Source of the DNA: Octopus vulgaris
Taxonomy: Eukaryota
NCBI GenBank assembly: GCA_951406725.2
Contig: OX597822.1
Coordinates: 86,242,001-86,306,000, forward strand
DNA: 64,000 nt
Direction: 5' to 3'
Position 1 is the stretch's first letter; each line of letters begins with the position of its first letter. Below the pieces are notes generated by a model. It saw nothing but the letters and a program-made list of their open reading frames with translations. It was not told the origin of the DNA and did not search any database. Below, one piece after another: positions 50,790 through 62,537 of this stretch. Both the position numbers and the translations under genes were made by a program.

Positions 50790-50792
<3 letters not shown>
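49163..50792 (+). mobile_element. Full-length Tc1 (DD34E) transposon with ~220-bp IR/DR-type TIRs
   Basis: TA|CAGTTGCGGCCAAAATGTTCAGAAC ... GTTCTGAACATTTTGGCCGCAACTG|TA. Inner repeat gcggccaaaatgatcagaa at ~49363 and, reversed, at ~50577-50595. Confidence 0.95.
49506..50522 (+). pseudogene. Tc1 transposase, 338 codons, three in-frame TGA stops and no frameshift
   Basis: GRPRK, F*DESKF, MVWG, QDNAPYH, WPAQSPGLNPIENVW, GLHTKY. Stops at 49602, 49956 and 50010. Confidence 0.9.
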
Positions 50793-50832
<40 letters not shown>

Positions 50833-50994
50833 TATCTGTCTGTCTGCTGCCTGTCTATCTATGTATCTGTCTGTCTGACTACCTCTCCATCCATCCATCT
50901 TTCTATCTGTTTGTCTACCTCTCTCTTAACTTGGTTATTTGATAAAAGCAATAAATGAAATAACAGAAAGACTCGTCAGCAATTTTGATTTGTT

Positions 50995-53090
50995 TACACT
51001 TGCCTCAATAGGTCTTTGCAAGCAAAGTTCATTGTCCAATGAATGAGTGGTACTCATAAGTGGGCCGGTTATACCCCACATTCGGATGTACTTTTAATGT
51101 TCCACTGGCATGAGTGCCAATCAGGTGGTACTGCCATCAGCCGCATCAGTAATTTTGATTTTGATTTCACTTGCCTCAATGTCTTCACAAGCAAGGTTTA
51201 TTGTCCAATGAATGAGGGGTATTCATAAATGGGCTGGTTACACCCACTGGCATAGGCCATGAGCTATGGTCTCACTTGGCTTGATGGGTCTTCTCAAGCA
51301 CAGCATATTTCCAAAGGTCCCGGTCACAAGTCATTGCTCCAATAAGGCCCAATGTTTGAAGGTCGTGCTTCACCACCTCATCCCAGGTCTTCCTGGGTCT
51401 ACTTCTTCCACAGGTTTTCTCAACTACTAGGGTGTGACACTTCTTCACGCAGCTGTCCTCATTCATTCACAACACATGGCCATACCAGCACAGTCGTCTC
51501 TCTTGCACACCACATCTGATGCTTTTTAGGTCCAACTTTTCTCTCAGGGCACTAACACTTTGTCGAGTATGCACACTGACATTACACATCCATCGGAGCA
51601 TACTGGCTTCATTCCTTGCGAGCTTACACATGTCCTCAGCAGTCACGGCCCATTTTTCACTGCAATGTAGCATGGCTGTTCGTACACATGCGTCATACAG
51701 TCTACCTTTTACTCTGAGCGAGAGGCCTTTTGTCACCAGCAGAGGTACTATCTAGTTACACTCTCATAGCATCCACCCCTGTTACTGACTTGGTCACCTA
51801 AGTAATGGAAGCTGTTTCCTGCACATTTTCAGTGTTTATTGCCTATGAGAATTTGCCACACACAATAACTATCTTCCCAGCTAGCCTTCCTTTGATATTT
51901 CTTAAAACTTTGGTTTTTTTCTAGATTGACTGTAAGGCCCCTCAATTCTAGACCTTGCTTCCATACATGAAACTTCTCCTCTAATTCTGATAGTGACTGA
52001 GCATAGAGGAGCTCCCAGGGGCATCCTGTCTTGAATTCCTCTGTTATTGCCTGGAGGACCATGATGAATAAGAGGGGGCTGAGGACTGATCCTTGGTGAA
52101 CCCATGCCCCTACCCAGAATGCTTCACTGTACTCATTGCCAACCCTCACCTTACTGACATCGTCCCTGTACATGGCTTGAACAGCTCTCACCAACCAATC
52201 ATCTATCCTTAGCTTTTGTATTGATCACCAAATAAGGGATCAGATGATCCTTTCAAAGAATTTCTCCACATCAACAAAAGCCAAGTACAGGGTTTATCTT
52301 TGGCTAGAAATTTCTCCTGCAGCTGTCTTACCAGAAATATAGCATCGGTGGTGGTTCTCCCTGACACAAAACCAAACTGCATCTCATCTAAACTAACTCT
52401 CTCCTTAATTAGTTGGACTATGACCCTCTCTTTGACTTTCATCACCTGATCCAACAATTTGATACCTCTGCAATGATATCTGTCTAATATGTCACCTTTA
52501 CCTTTGTAGCAGTTGACTATGGTGCTGCTACACCAGTCATTGGGTATGACTCCTTCATGTATCACCTGGTTAACTGTACGGGTGACTAGACTATAGTCTA
52601 CACCACCAGATATTTTAAGCATCTCAACAGTGATTCCTGATGGGCCAGGGGCTTTTCCTGTCTTCCTACCCTTAACTGTTTTATCTACCAAGGTACTGTC
52701 AATTCAAATAGCTGGTCCCTCTGTTGGATTGACATTCGGCAGGCTCTCTTTCTCCCATTCATTCTCTTCATTTAGCAACCTTTCATAATGGTGTCTCCAA
52801 GTCACTTTTTGCACCTCATTATATGCAAATGAGCCATCATCCATGCAGACACATTTCTCTCCTATAGCATCATGATTCTCTCTTACATACTGTCTTGCAG
52901 TACGAAACACTTTGAGTCTCTGGTCCTCATAACGCAGATCATTGGCAAATTTTTTCCTTATCTGCTCCCCTTCTAGCTAAGCAAACCTGTCTCCTAGCTT
53001 CCCTTTCAGCAATCTGATACAATTCCCTGCTACCACCACACTTCCAGTCCTTCCATGCTTGTTTCTTTTCCCTAATGGCCCTGTCAACTA
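50995..53090 (-). mobile_element. RTE-PHD LINE copy, 5'-truncated and decayed
   Basis: [60 protein letters not shown]. Confidence 0.92.
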
Positions 53091-54224
53091 TGCATATACA
53101 TGTGTGTGTAGATAAATAGAGAGATCTCCATACAAATTCCATTCACACTCTTTTAAGTTTGTTAAAGCTTTACTTAAACCCTCTTTACTTTACTATTAAA
53201 CAAAAAAAATTTTTTGAAGACGAGTTTTTGCTCATTATCAAATTAATTAACTGTTTATTTGCTAAACACTTTCCCTCTAGGAAGACAAACAATGCAACTA
53301 CATATATTCACAAAAATCCAATCATCACTTTGCTTTAATTAATTAGTTAATATAATTAGGAGAATCTCAGATAAGGAAATTTTCAAGAAAGCAGCTCCCT
53401 TTTATAACAAGGTGCTAGCCAGGAGCAGCAAATCCAATAATACCCTATGAAAATAATTAGATTTAGATTCCTCACCAAAACAACTGTCTCTAAAGCTAGG
53501 AATTTCCTTTTACATTTAAGACACAACTTTGGATCAATGTATGGAACCATAAGCTTTTGATGCAGAATATGTTTTCTTCTATCATACAGTGCTATTAAAA
53601 TCACACATCTGCACAGACCCGTCCTAACAGCTATTTTACAACTATTGAAATCAATCTTTTTGTCTGCTGAAAGTAGATTCTCTCTCAAAAGGATTAGTAC
53701 AAATGAGTATCATTTACTCTACCTGGTGGTGTCCAAAAGAACTATATGGGACTTGTTACTAAAAGATTTGGTGGTTTGTTACAATTAACATCTGTGCACC
53801 TTTAAATCTAGGAAGAGGGAAAACTCCCCTTGTCATTGCTGTTGCAATTTAGCTAGAAACTCAAAACTAAGGACAAAACTTATTCGTGATCCAATATGGT
53901 ACTGTAAACTTATTTCCATATATGGAAACAGCTTACAATATCTTTCAACAGAAAGTCTGTGGTGTTGCCTCATTGTTGTCAGGTGGGAATTGCTTCAATA
54001 TATTTGTCTTCATTTCTACTTTTATGATGCTAGCATTCGTTGGATAAGGCTTATACAGAGAGAAATCTGTGGACAGAGGCCTTTCCTGTTGCCAGCCATA
54101 ATTTGCTGTTGAAGTAAGTTCTACTGATCTTCCCACATGACAAAACTACTGAACAAGGAGAGAAAGAAAGAGACACACACACACACACATCCTGAAGATG
54201 AGGTTGAGATTACCTGGACATCTT

Positions 54225-55010
54225 TTATCTTTTACTTATTTCAGTCATTATTAGACTGCGACCATGTTGGGGCACTGCTTTCAAGAGATTTTAGATGAAT
54301 GGATCAACCCCAATACTTTTTTGTTTTTTTTTAACCTCTAAGTTATGGGGGTGTAAACACACCAACATTGGTTGTCAAGTGGTGGTGGGGGACAAACATA
54401 GATGATATAAAGACACATATATATACAGCAGGCTTCTTTCAGTTTCCATCTACCAAATCCACTAACAAGGTCATGTTTGGCCAGAGACTTATAGAAGACA
54501 TTTACAGTTTCACTTGACTGGTCAAGCCAAGTGAAACTAGTCATGGCTGATGCTGGTATCATGTAACTGGCATGTAAAGAGCACCTTTTGAGCATTGGGC
54601 CTCACAGGGACAAAGTGGTTGAGTTCTTTTTGAGTATTGTGCCTCACAGAGGCAATGAATGAGACCTTTGGCATTATGTCATGCTTGAGAAGAAGCCGTG
54701 CAAAATCGCAGTCATCGCAGATACTGGTGTCACGCAAATGACACCCATGCCAGTGGCATGTAAAAGTACCCATTACACTCTCAGAGTGATTGGCATTAGG
54801 AAGGACATCCAACTGTAGAAAACCATGGCAAATCAGACAGAAGTCTGGTGCAGCTTACCAGCCCTGGTCAAACCATCCAACCTGTGCCAGTATGGACACT
54901 GGGCATTAAATGATGGTGATGATTTGTCCAAGGTGCCATGCAGTGGGACTGAAGCCAGGACCATATGGTTGGGAAGCAAACTTCTCACCACATAGCCGTG
55001 CTTGCACCTA
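54225..55010 (-). mobile_element. tRNA-SINE (48068 family) interrupted by a + strand RTE 3' tail (~54515-54922)
   Basis: SINE tail at 54235-54280, body to ~54505, head at 54923-55010 (cccactgcatggcaccttggacaa on rc). The RTE tail ends in gatggtgatgat. Confidence 0.7.
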
Positions 55011-55228
55011 TAAAAGATGTTGATAAAAAATGAATTTGGTAACTTGGAAAACTTTGATAAGAATCGATTAAATTAAAACACAGTTATGTTTGCATTACAT
55101 ATTTAAAAGAAAAGATGTCCTCAAAGTGAAAACTTCAGGCATTAAATATAGATTGGAGTGGAGCATTATCAAATTCACAATTCCATAGATGGAAGAATGG
55201 AAGGTTGTTTTGGTTGCAAGGGGGCAAT

Positions 55229-55373
55229 TTTATTACATCTATGTATCTGCTACATATTCTACTTTCTCTGTTAACCTTCCTGTGATTCCACTGCACTTCT
55301 TAGTGTCCATAGTCTGCCTTGAATACACCATATAAAGTTCCTACCTACACCTTATCTACATATAGAACGGCCA
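55229..55373 (+). repeat. 145-bp near-exact copy of 44100-44244
   Basis: One visible mismatch (atgcat vs atgtat); aatttta on both sides. Confidence 0.9.
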
Positions 55374-55550
55374 AATTTTACTCTCCACTCCATCACTTTT
55401 CAATAAATGAAATGAGATGATAATTGATTGCCATCACAAAATTATTACTTTTAATTTCTATAAAAAATAGAGAAGTTCGGTTAACTGCTAATTTTGAAAT
55501 TCTAACCCCAGGCAAGAGTCTGCTTCTGTTATTCATTTTTATATCTTCAA

Positions 55551-55761
55551 CCCTTCAGCATTCAGATTTCTCTCTCAAATACTATGCTTTTTCATCCACT
55601 TTGTTCTGAATTATGCATTATTTCACAACTTTTAGATTTCAATGATGTAATTATTTGTTTTTAGAGTGACAGATAGGTAAGAGAGGCCAGATCTGGTCAG
55701 GTTGATCTTAAAATAGTCAGAATATTAAGGCCAGATATGGCTGGTTTTAAATGCTAAATGG
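55551..55761. mobile_element. piggyBac-like MITE
   Basis: TCAA|cccttcagcatt ... aatgctaaatgg|TTAA. Confidence 0.6.
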
Positions 55762-56154
55762 TTAAATCTTTTAATAATTTTTTCCTCCCGTTCATTGAAT
55801 GTCTGAGTCTTTTGTTTAAATGCCACCAATGCAGCTGCTTATATTGTTATAATTAGTTCTGTTAGTGAAAGTTGGTGTATATATCTGATTTTAAACACAC
55901 ACACACACACACATATATATATCAGAATTTTTGCGTAATGAGATAAAAGACCAAGGCTGTGTAGATATTAGAACATTTATAGATAGGTCTTACAGCTGTT
56001 TCCAGGATATTTATTAATTATATCCCTTCATTGGAGATGGTGTGAGAGGATGGTTAAATCATAGTTAGTTTAGATGTGATACAAATATATATATACATGT
56101 ATGTATGTGTATAAGTGATTTTATGTGAAGCAGTGTCTCTGTCTCTCTCTTAAA

Positions 56155-57130
56155 TCATCATCATCATCGTTTAACGTCCGCTTTCCATGCTAGCATGGGT
56201 TGGACGGTTCAACTGGGGTCTGGCAAGCCCGAAGGCTGCACCAGGCCAGTCTGATCTGGCAGTGTTTCTACAGCTGGATGCCCTTCCTAACGCCAACCAC
56301 TCCGAGAGTGTAGCATATATATATATATATGTGTGTGTGGAGGCGCAATGGCCTAGTGGTTAGGGCAGTGGACTCGCGGTCGGATGATCGCAGTTTCAAT
56401 TCCCAGACCGGGCGTTGTGTGTTTATTGAGCGAAAACACCTAAGGCTCCACGAGGCTCCAGCAGGGGGTGGTGGTGACCCCTGTTGTACTCTTTCACCCC
56501 AACTTTCTCTCACTCTTTCTTCCTGTTTCTTGAGAAACGCTGCGCTGGACTGATGTCCTGCATCATACAGCTTGGGCACAGTTTCTATAGCTGGATGCCC
56601 TTCCTTAAAACCAACCATTTTGCAAAGTGTTACTGGGTGGTTGTTCTCTTGCCACTGGTGCTAGTGAGGTTGGTAAGTAAATTGCAAGACAAAATCTCTT
56701 CCTACTGAGTGGGGGTGGGTGGGTGAAGTATTTGACAGGGGGGAGGTGGTAGTTTTTATGCCAGTTGAAAGGTTAAAGTATGATAGAGGGACAAGCATAA
56801 GTGTCCTGCTATGGAGGAGATACATGGCTACTCTCCACTTGATATAGAGGTGAGTGGAAGTAGATGGGAGTGAGGGAATGCCAGAGCAAACTATCCAGGT
56901 ACAAGAAAGTGTGCATAAGAGATGAGAGGCAGGCAGTGGAGGAGAGTACATTCATAAGAGGGTGAAGGGAGGAGTAAGAGATGGTTAAAGAGGGGGTAGA
57001 AGTGAATGCAGTGGGTAATGAATAAGGGTGGTGGTATGGGGAATATCAGTATGGAAAGGGGAGGAAGGAGGATAGATCAGAAGTGGTGGGGATAAGGCAC
57101 ACGGTATAGGAGGGGTGATGAGGGAGTTAT
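56155..57130 (-). mobile_element. RTE 3' tail fragments with a + strand tRNA-SINE (56339-56535) between them
   Basis: Tail motifs at 56155-56312 and 56545-56670. SINE head ggaggcgcaatggcctagtggttag...gtttcaattcc. Purine-rich UTR at 56700-57130. Confidence 0.7.
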
Positions 57131-58162
57131 AGGGTTCATTCATTCATTTTGTTTTACAAGAGAAATTTGGTTGACAGAAACAATGTAAATCTGTTGGAGG
57201 AACTGTTCTTGTTGGGTTGTAGAATTAATTCATTCCTCAAATGTAACACCAACATCTCTATAGAGGAGTTAGCTCTGTTGTGAACTGTGGAACCAAGTCT
57301 CAGAAATGCTGTAAAAGTCTATGGACTGTAACCCTTCCTTTTTTGAGTAAACCATAAAATAAGGGGTCTGAGATGTGGGCTTTGCATAGAGTTAAGAAGT
57401 TAGAGAATCAACTTCAATGCATTTGTTTTGTCTTTCTATATTGAGTTCTGGTCACAACAAAGTTGATTTGTCTTGTTACATCTTTGATTGCTTAAAATAG
57501 GCACCAGTAATATTTTGGAGTCAATTCAATTATTGTGCATTTAAAAATATTTGTGAACTGAAATTAAATATAAGTAATTTAATTTAACTTGAGAAATCCT
57601 AGCACAACACAAACACAAGAGAGTTAGATCAGACTTTAAGCTAGAAAATTAGGTACCCCAGGAGAAAGAACATTGAATATATGAATGAAAATATGCCAGA
57701 GAGGAATTCAGGAGAATGTTCAACTAAGGTAATGATGATGTTGCTGTATTCTGTTTGGGTTTTTAATATTACAATCAATATAAACTTGTATAGCAAGTTA
57801 TTTTCAAAACAAAACTACAAAGAGATAAAGTAATTTCAACTTTGTAATTACTTCTGATCTAAAATCATCAGTGATCGATTTCACACTGGGTCCCTTTGCC
57901 CTTTCGTCAAAATCAGTTGTTCTTTGCTAAGAATGCTTCTTAGCCCAGCTGAACATTAAAATGACAATGGTGATGGTTGTAGCAGGTGATGATAACATTA
58001 GTTTTGTACGAAAAAGATCGCTGGAGTCTGTGGAGATTTTTGAAAATCAAAATTTTATTCTTTTTGTACAAAAACAAACAAAACAACAAATGTTGTCGTT
58101 ACAGTTTATTAGACAAAGAAAATATCTGAACAAGAGTGATGTAAAAGGAAGTTTTGACATTT

Positions 58163-58640
58163 TGGGCCTAATGCAGAATTGTACTTCTCCTTGAAAAATG
58201 GATTTAAAAAAAATTTTTTTTTTTCAGATTCCTAGGTTTTAGATGTTGGAGATTACAAATATTCCAAAAAAACCCCGCACCTTTTCAAATTTCTTTACCC
58301 CACCGACCCAAATTTTCCAAAATTTTTTTTTTAAACCACCTTTTCCAAATTTAAAATCCCCACCTCACCCTGTCCTTCCCCCAAATGTTTAATTTTTCAA
58401 AGAGAAGATTTAAAATTTGGAGGAAGGAGAAGTTGAGGTAGGGATTTTAAATTTGGAAAAGGTGGTTTAAAAAAAATTCGAAAAAGTTCAAAATTTAATT
58501 TTTTTGTGGGGAGGGTGAATTTGAAAATGTGGGTTTTTTTTTGCATATTCATAATCTCCGACATCTAAAAGGAGGAATCCGGAAAAAAATTTACAAAAAA
58601 GTGTCTTTTTCAAGGACAGGGGCGACTCTACATTAGCCCG
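58163..58640. mobile_element. Foldback MITE, possibly Mutator-like
   Basis: Long imperfect TIRs gggcctaatgcaga...ccttgaaaaa...ttttagatgttggagatta / taatctccgacatctaaaa...tttttcaagg...ctacattagccc. Flanking direct repeat gacattt (7/9 match if read as a 9-bp TSD). Confidence 0.75.
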
Positions 58641-58756
58641 GACATTTCTTGAATGGCAAAAGTCTTCAGCATGTATAAAGTGGTGGAATTCACAGCATTA
58701 TTGGAATTACATGCAAGATTTTGTAATTGAGTGTGGTTTGGGTGAGTAGGTGGGTA

Positions 58757-60245
58757 TAATAATAATAATAATAATTGTGTACAGTGCTCAGGTGCACTAC
58801 AACTCATCTAAAGTGTATATATAATCAGGTGTAGTTTCGGCGGATTTCGGAAAGCATGAGGGCCTTAAAAGATGCAGTGTCATGGCAGTCAACAACTGAT
58901 GCAGGCAGTTTATTCCATGCTTCAGCAACTCTGAGCGTGAAAAAATGTTTCCGAAAGTCATGGGAGCTGTATTTTCTGACTTTGTAGGCATGTCCACGTG
59001 TGTTAGACACATGGAGATCAAAAAGGTGTTCAGTGTTGTTGTTGGTGAGGTGGTTGATAACTTTGTGGGTGTTTACCAATTCCGTCGCCAAACGCCGGAG
59101 CTTCAGTGAATCCATGCCCAGGGAAACAAGGCGCTCAGAATATGGTAGGTGTCTGATGGAGGGTATGCGTTTGGTTGCACGTCTCTGGACAGATTCCAGG
59201 AGGTCAATGTTCTGTGCAAGATAGGGGTTCCAAACTGATGATGCGAATTCCAAGTGTGGTCGTACCATAGCTGTATACAGTTTTAAATAGATGGCTGGAG
59301 AGCGGCTAACAAAAGACCTGCTGAGTGATGCCAAGACACCCTCGGCCTTCCTGACAATCTTAGAGATATGCTTTGACCAACGCAAATCACTGCTGACAGT
59401 GATGCCTAGGTCACGCTCGCAAGAGGATTTCTTGATATCAGTGTTGTGGAGGGAGTAAGTGAACGCAGGGTTTTTTCTCCCAAAATGCATGGTGGTACAC
59501 TTGTCCACAGCCAGTTTCAGTTGCCAGTCTGCGATCCATTGCTGCATTGTGTCTAGGTCTGATTGCAGGAAAGAGTTGTAGACATCAGGATCTGTCCTCT
59601 TGATTTCAAGGTACAGCTTGATGTCGTCTGCATATTTCAATACTGTGGCATTCTTTAAATTGGCATCTATGTCGTTAATGTATGCCACAAACAAGAGGGG
59701 ACCAAGGACAGATCCCTGTGGTACACCCGATGACATCTCATATGGTGTAGAGTGCTGTCCTAGAACTGTGACTACCTCCTTTCGGCTGAGGATGAAGGAT
59801 TTCAACCAGTTAAAAAGGTCATCCCCCACACCCATTGCAGAGAGTTTCACCATAAGCCTTTTGTGTGGCACAGAGTTGAAAGCCTTAGCAAAGTCAAGGT
59901 AGACAACATCCACCCATGAGCCACTGTCAGTAATCTGAGTAATGTCCTCAAGGAACTCGACAAGCTGGTCACTGCAGCTGGAGTTAGGGACAAATCCATA
60001 TTGTGAGGGTCGGATGAGACTGTGAGAGCTCCAGAAGTTCCAGAGTGTTTCTCTGACACACGATTCCATCAGTTTTGCAATACAGCTAGTGAGACTGACT
60101 GGGCGATAGTTGACAGGTGATGTGCGGTCGCCCTTTTTGAACAGAGGAATGACACTGGCAGTTTTCCACTGCTCCGGAGTAGCACCATTGTTAAGACAGT
60201 ACTGGAAGAAAATAGAAAGCTGGTGTAAAAGGAAGTGCCTGCCAC
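58757..60245 (-). mobile_element. Young 5'-truncated CR1-group LINE with an uninterrupted RT ORF and (ATT)n tail
   Basis: ORF 58825-60258: NYRPVSLTS, QYGF, YLDFAKAFNSVPH, SGVPQGSVLGPLLF, YADD, ERDLG, VQRRATK, TRGH, FFTLRVAEAWN. An inverted decayed 3' fragment lies at 60430-60600. Confidence 0.93.
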
Positions 60246-60883
60246 GTTTGAGAAGCACGTTTGAGTATAGATTAGAATGTCTTCTTTAAAGCTCCGATTA
60301 TCTGGCAACTGACTTGGTAGACACCCACAAAATTATCCACCATCTTTCCAACAACAACCTTGGTCGCCTTTTTTGAATTTTATATGTCTAACATTTATGG
60401 ACATACTTACAAAAAAACCAAAAAAAAAAAACACAGCACCCATGACTTTTCACGCTCAGAATTGCTGTTCAGATACTACATCCTTCAAAACGTCCATGCT
60501 TCTTGCAATTCGCCAACCTGATGGCTTTTGTTTGTTTGTTTTTCCTTTTAGTTATTGTGCACCTGAGCGCTGTATACAACAATTCATTATTATTGTTATT
60601 ACTTCAGAACGGAAGGAAGACTTTCACCTCACCACAGTTGTCAGGCAATGTATTAACTAAAGAAATTACTTCTACAAAGCAGTAAAACGGATGTTGTGGG
60701 CTAAAACTTGTCACCAGAGAGATAAGAATGCCAGCCTTTGAAATGGTAGAGTGGCACCCTATCGCTGAGAATGTCCCAAATATATAAAGTGCAACAGTTT
60801 GCAAGCAGACCTTTAAGTTATCTCCCTTGAAAACAACCGCATTGAAATAAAGGGAGATAAATCGTAATTTACCGTCGGCGAAA

Positions 60884-61019
60884 ATGTCGGTTCCAGTTTG
60901 GTACCAAAGAGTCATCTCTGTTCCACCCAAAAAGCGAGGATGTCATCTCATTCAGAACGAAGTGGAAAACTCTATGCCAGAGATCCGTAATTTAAAGCAT
61001 GGCCTACTTCATATTCTGA
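60884..61019 (+). CDS. yjbQ: UPF0047/YjbQ-family protein, first coding exon
   Basis: AAAATG context. Translates MSVPVWYQRVISVPPKKRGCHLIQNEVENSMPEIRNLKHGLLHIL, matching the YjbQ N-terminus (W.Q..I.....RG.HLI......PE......GLLH) that precedes QHTSASL. Strong donor A|GTAAGA at 61019/61020 (phase 1). Confidence 0.8.
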
Positions 61020-61882
61020 GTAAGATTGAAATTGTTTTCCATTTTTCCATTAAGTAAACCGATACATCTATCTTTATTTGGAGGTACTCGAAGAACGAAT
61101 TTTTATTTACATTAATTATTTATCACACTAAGTCGTATGTGACTTTAAGAAGAAACATGCGAGTGATTTTTCCCAGTTTTGTGAACTTTGCTTTCTCAAA
61201 TACTAATCCTACAATCTTTCGCCGTAGAGGTCAATTCTGCTGTGACTTTATTTCGGTGACTCAATGAATTAGAAGAGATAAGGGTTGAAATTAAAATAAA
61301 TCAGTCGAAACCGGGAACTGGTTTATTTACTTTCTTAATATATCATGATATGCAGGCGATACGATGATTGAGGATTTATTTGCATGGAACGAATGTCGTC
61401 TCTCGTATATTTAATACGAGCATTAGTTTCACATTTGATTTAATCTGCGCAAAAGATCTGTTGTTCCAGGTGTATACAACGTCCCCACTTAGTTGAGAAC
61501 CATATTGGGCCCTCAGAAGAGCAAGACAATTGTATGGGAGGCAGTGTAATTGTCTGGACATAGATTCTTTTCATTGTCCAGTCTATTTCTAACCACTGCT
61601 CTTGATGAGAGTGTACCAGATTTTGTATGGCAACATCCACCTTGTATTACCTGAGGCCCTCAATTCTTGGGAGAGAGAGAAAGAGAGTCCTTTACAACCG
61701 GACTAATTCTTTATTGATCCCGAAAGGTTAAAAGGCAAAGTTGACCTCTGCAGTGGTTGAACTCATAACACTAAACTCTAGAAAAGACACTGCCAGGCAA
61801 ATTTATTCAATGCCCGACGAAGAATAACACAGCCAGTGTTTAGGGTTAGGGTTACCGTCGAAAACAGGTAGTGTGCGTATTC

Positions 61883-62537
61883 GGATCTTTTCGGTTTGAA
61901 CGTGGGACTTTAACATAATTTCTAGGTAATTAAAAAATTTTAAACTTCGTATACTGGTAGAATGTGTTTATAAAACATCATTTTCTATAGGCTTTCTTGA
62001 GAAAATTCTGTAGTTTGTAACAAATTTCGTCTTTAATTTCTCGCATTTCGGCAATTTTAACCAATCACTGGCGTCTATTGAGTTAAAAAGCATTCTGTGC
62101 CGTATGAATATGTCCCTCGTTTAAGAAACACATTGGGTTTATTTACATTTGTGAAGAAAAAAAAGATACCCTTCCCCCACCACTAACCCTAACCCTGAAT
62201 CTAAAACAGATTGAAATGCAATAGATCGATCCTGGGGTCATAATTATGGGTGACAATTTCATATGACACTGCTTGAGAAAATGGCAGTTTTTTCAATGTG
62301 TTTTTTAAACGAGGGACGTATTCATACAGCACAGAATGCTTTTTAACTCAATAGACGCCAGTGATTAGTTAAAATTGCCGAAATGAAAGAAATTAAAGTC
62401 GAAATATGTTACAAACTACAGAATTTTCTCAAGAAAGCCAAGAGAAAATGATGTTTTATAAGCACATTCTACCAGTATGCAAAGTTTAAAATTTTTAGTT
62501 ACCTAGAAATTATGTTAAAATCGAACCGAAAAGATCC
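61883..62537. mobile_element. MITE with ~250-bp TIRs in the first YjbQ intron
   Basis: GGATCTTTTCGGTT...cgtttaagaaacacattg pairs with caatgtgttttttaaacg...aaccgaaaagatcc. Central ctaaccctaaccct. No clear TSD; superfamily uncertain. Confidence 0.85.

Noticed and set aside
57851-58030. Minus-strand exon-like segment with acceptor and donor
   Set aside because: Stops in all three frames; kept only as weak support for a possible non-coding transcript.
60604-60930. 108-aa minus-strand ORF overlapping the YjbQ start
   Set aside because: No recognisable homology, and it overlaps a better-supported plus-strand exon.
61840-62200. TTAGGG/CCCTAA telomere-like repeats (also near 2988 and 48035)
   Set aside because: Only 2-3 units, internal to or beside DNA-transposon remnants; not an interstitial telomere array.
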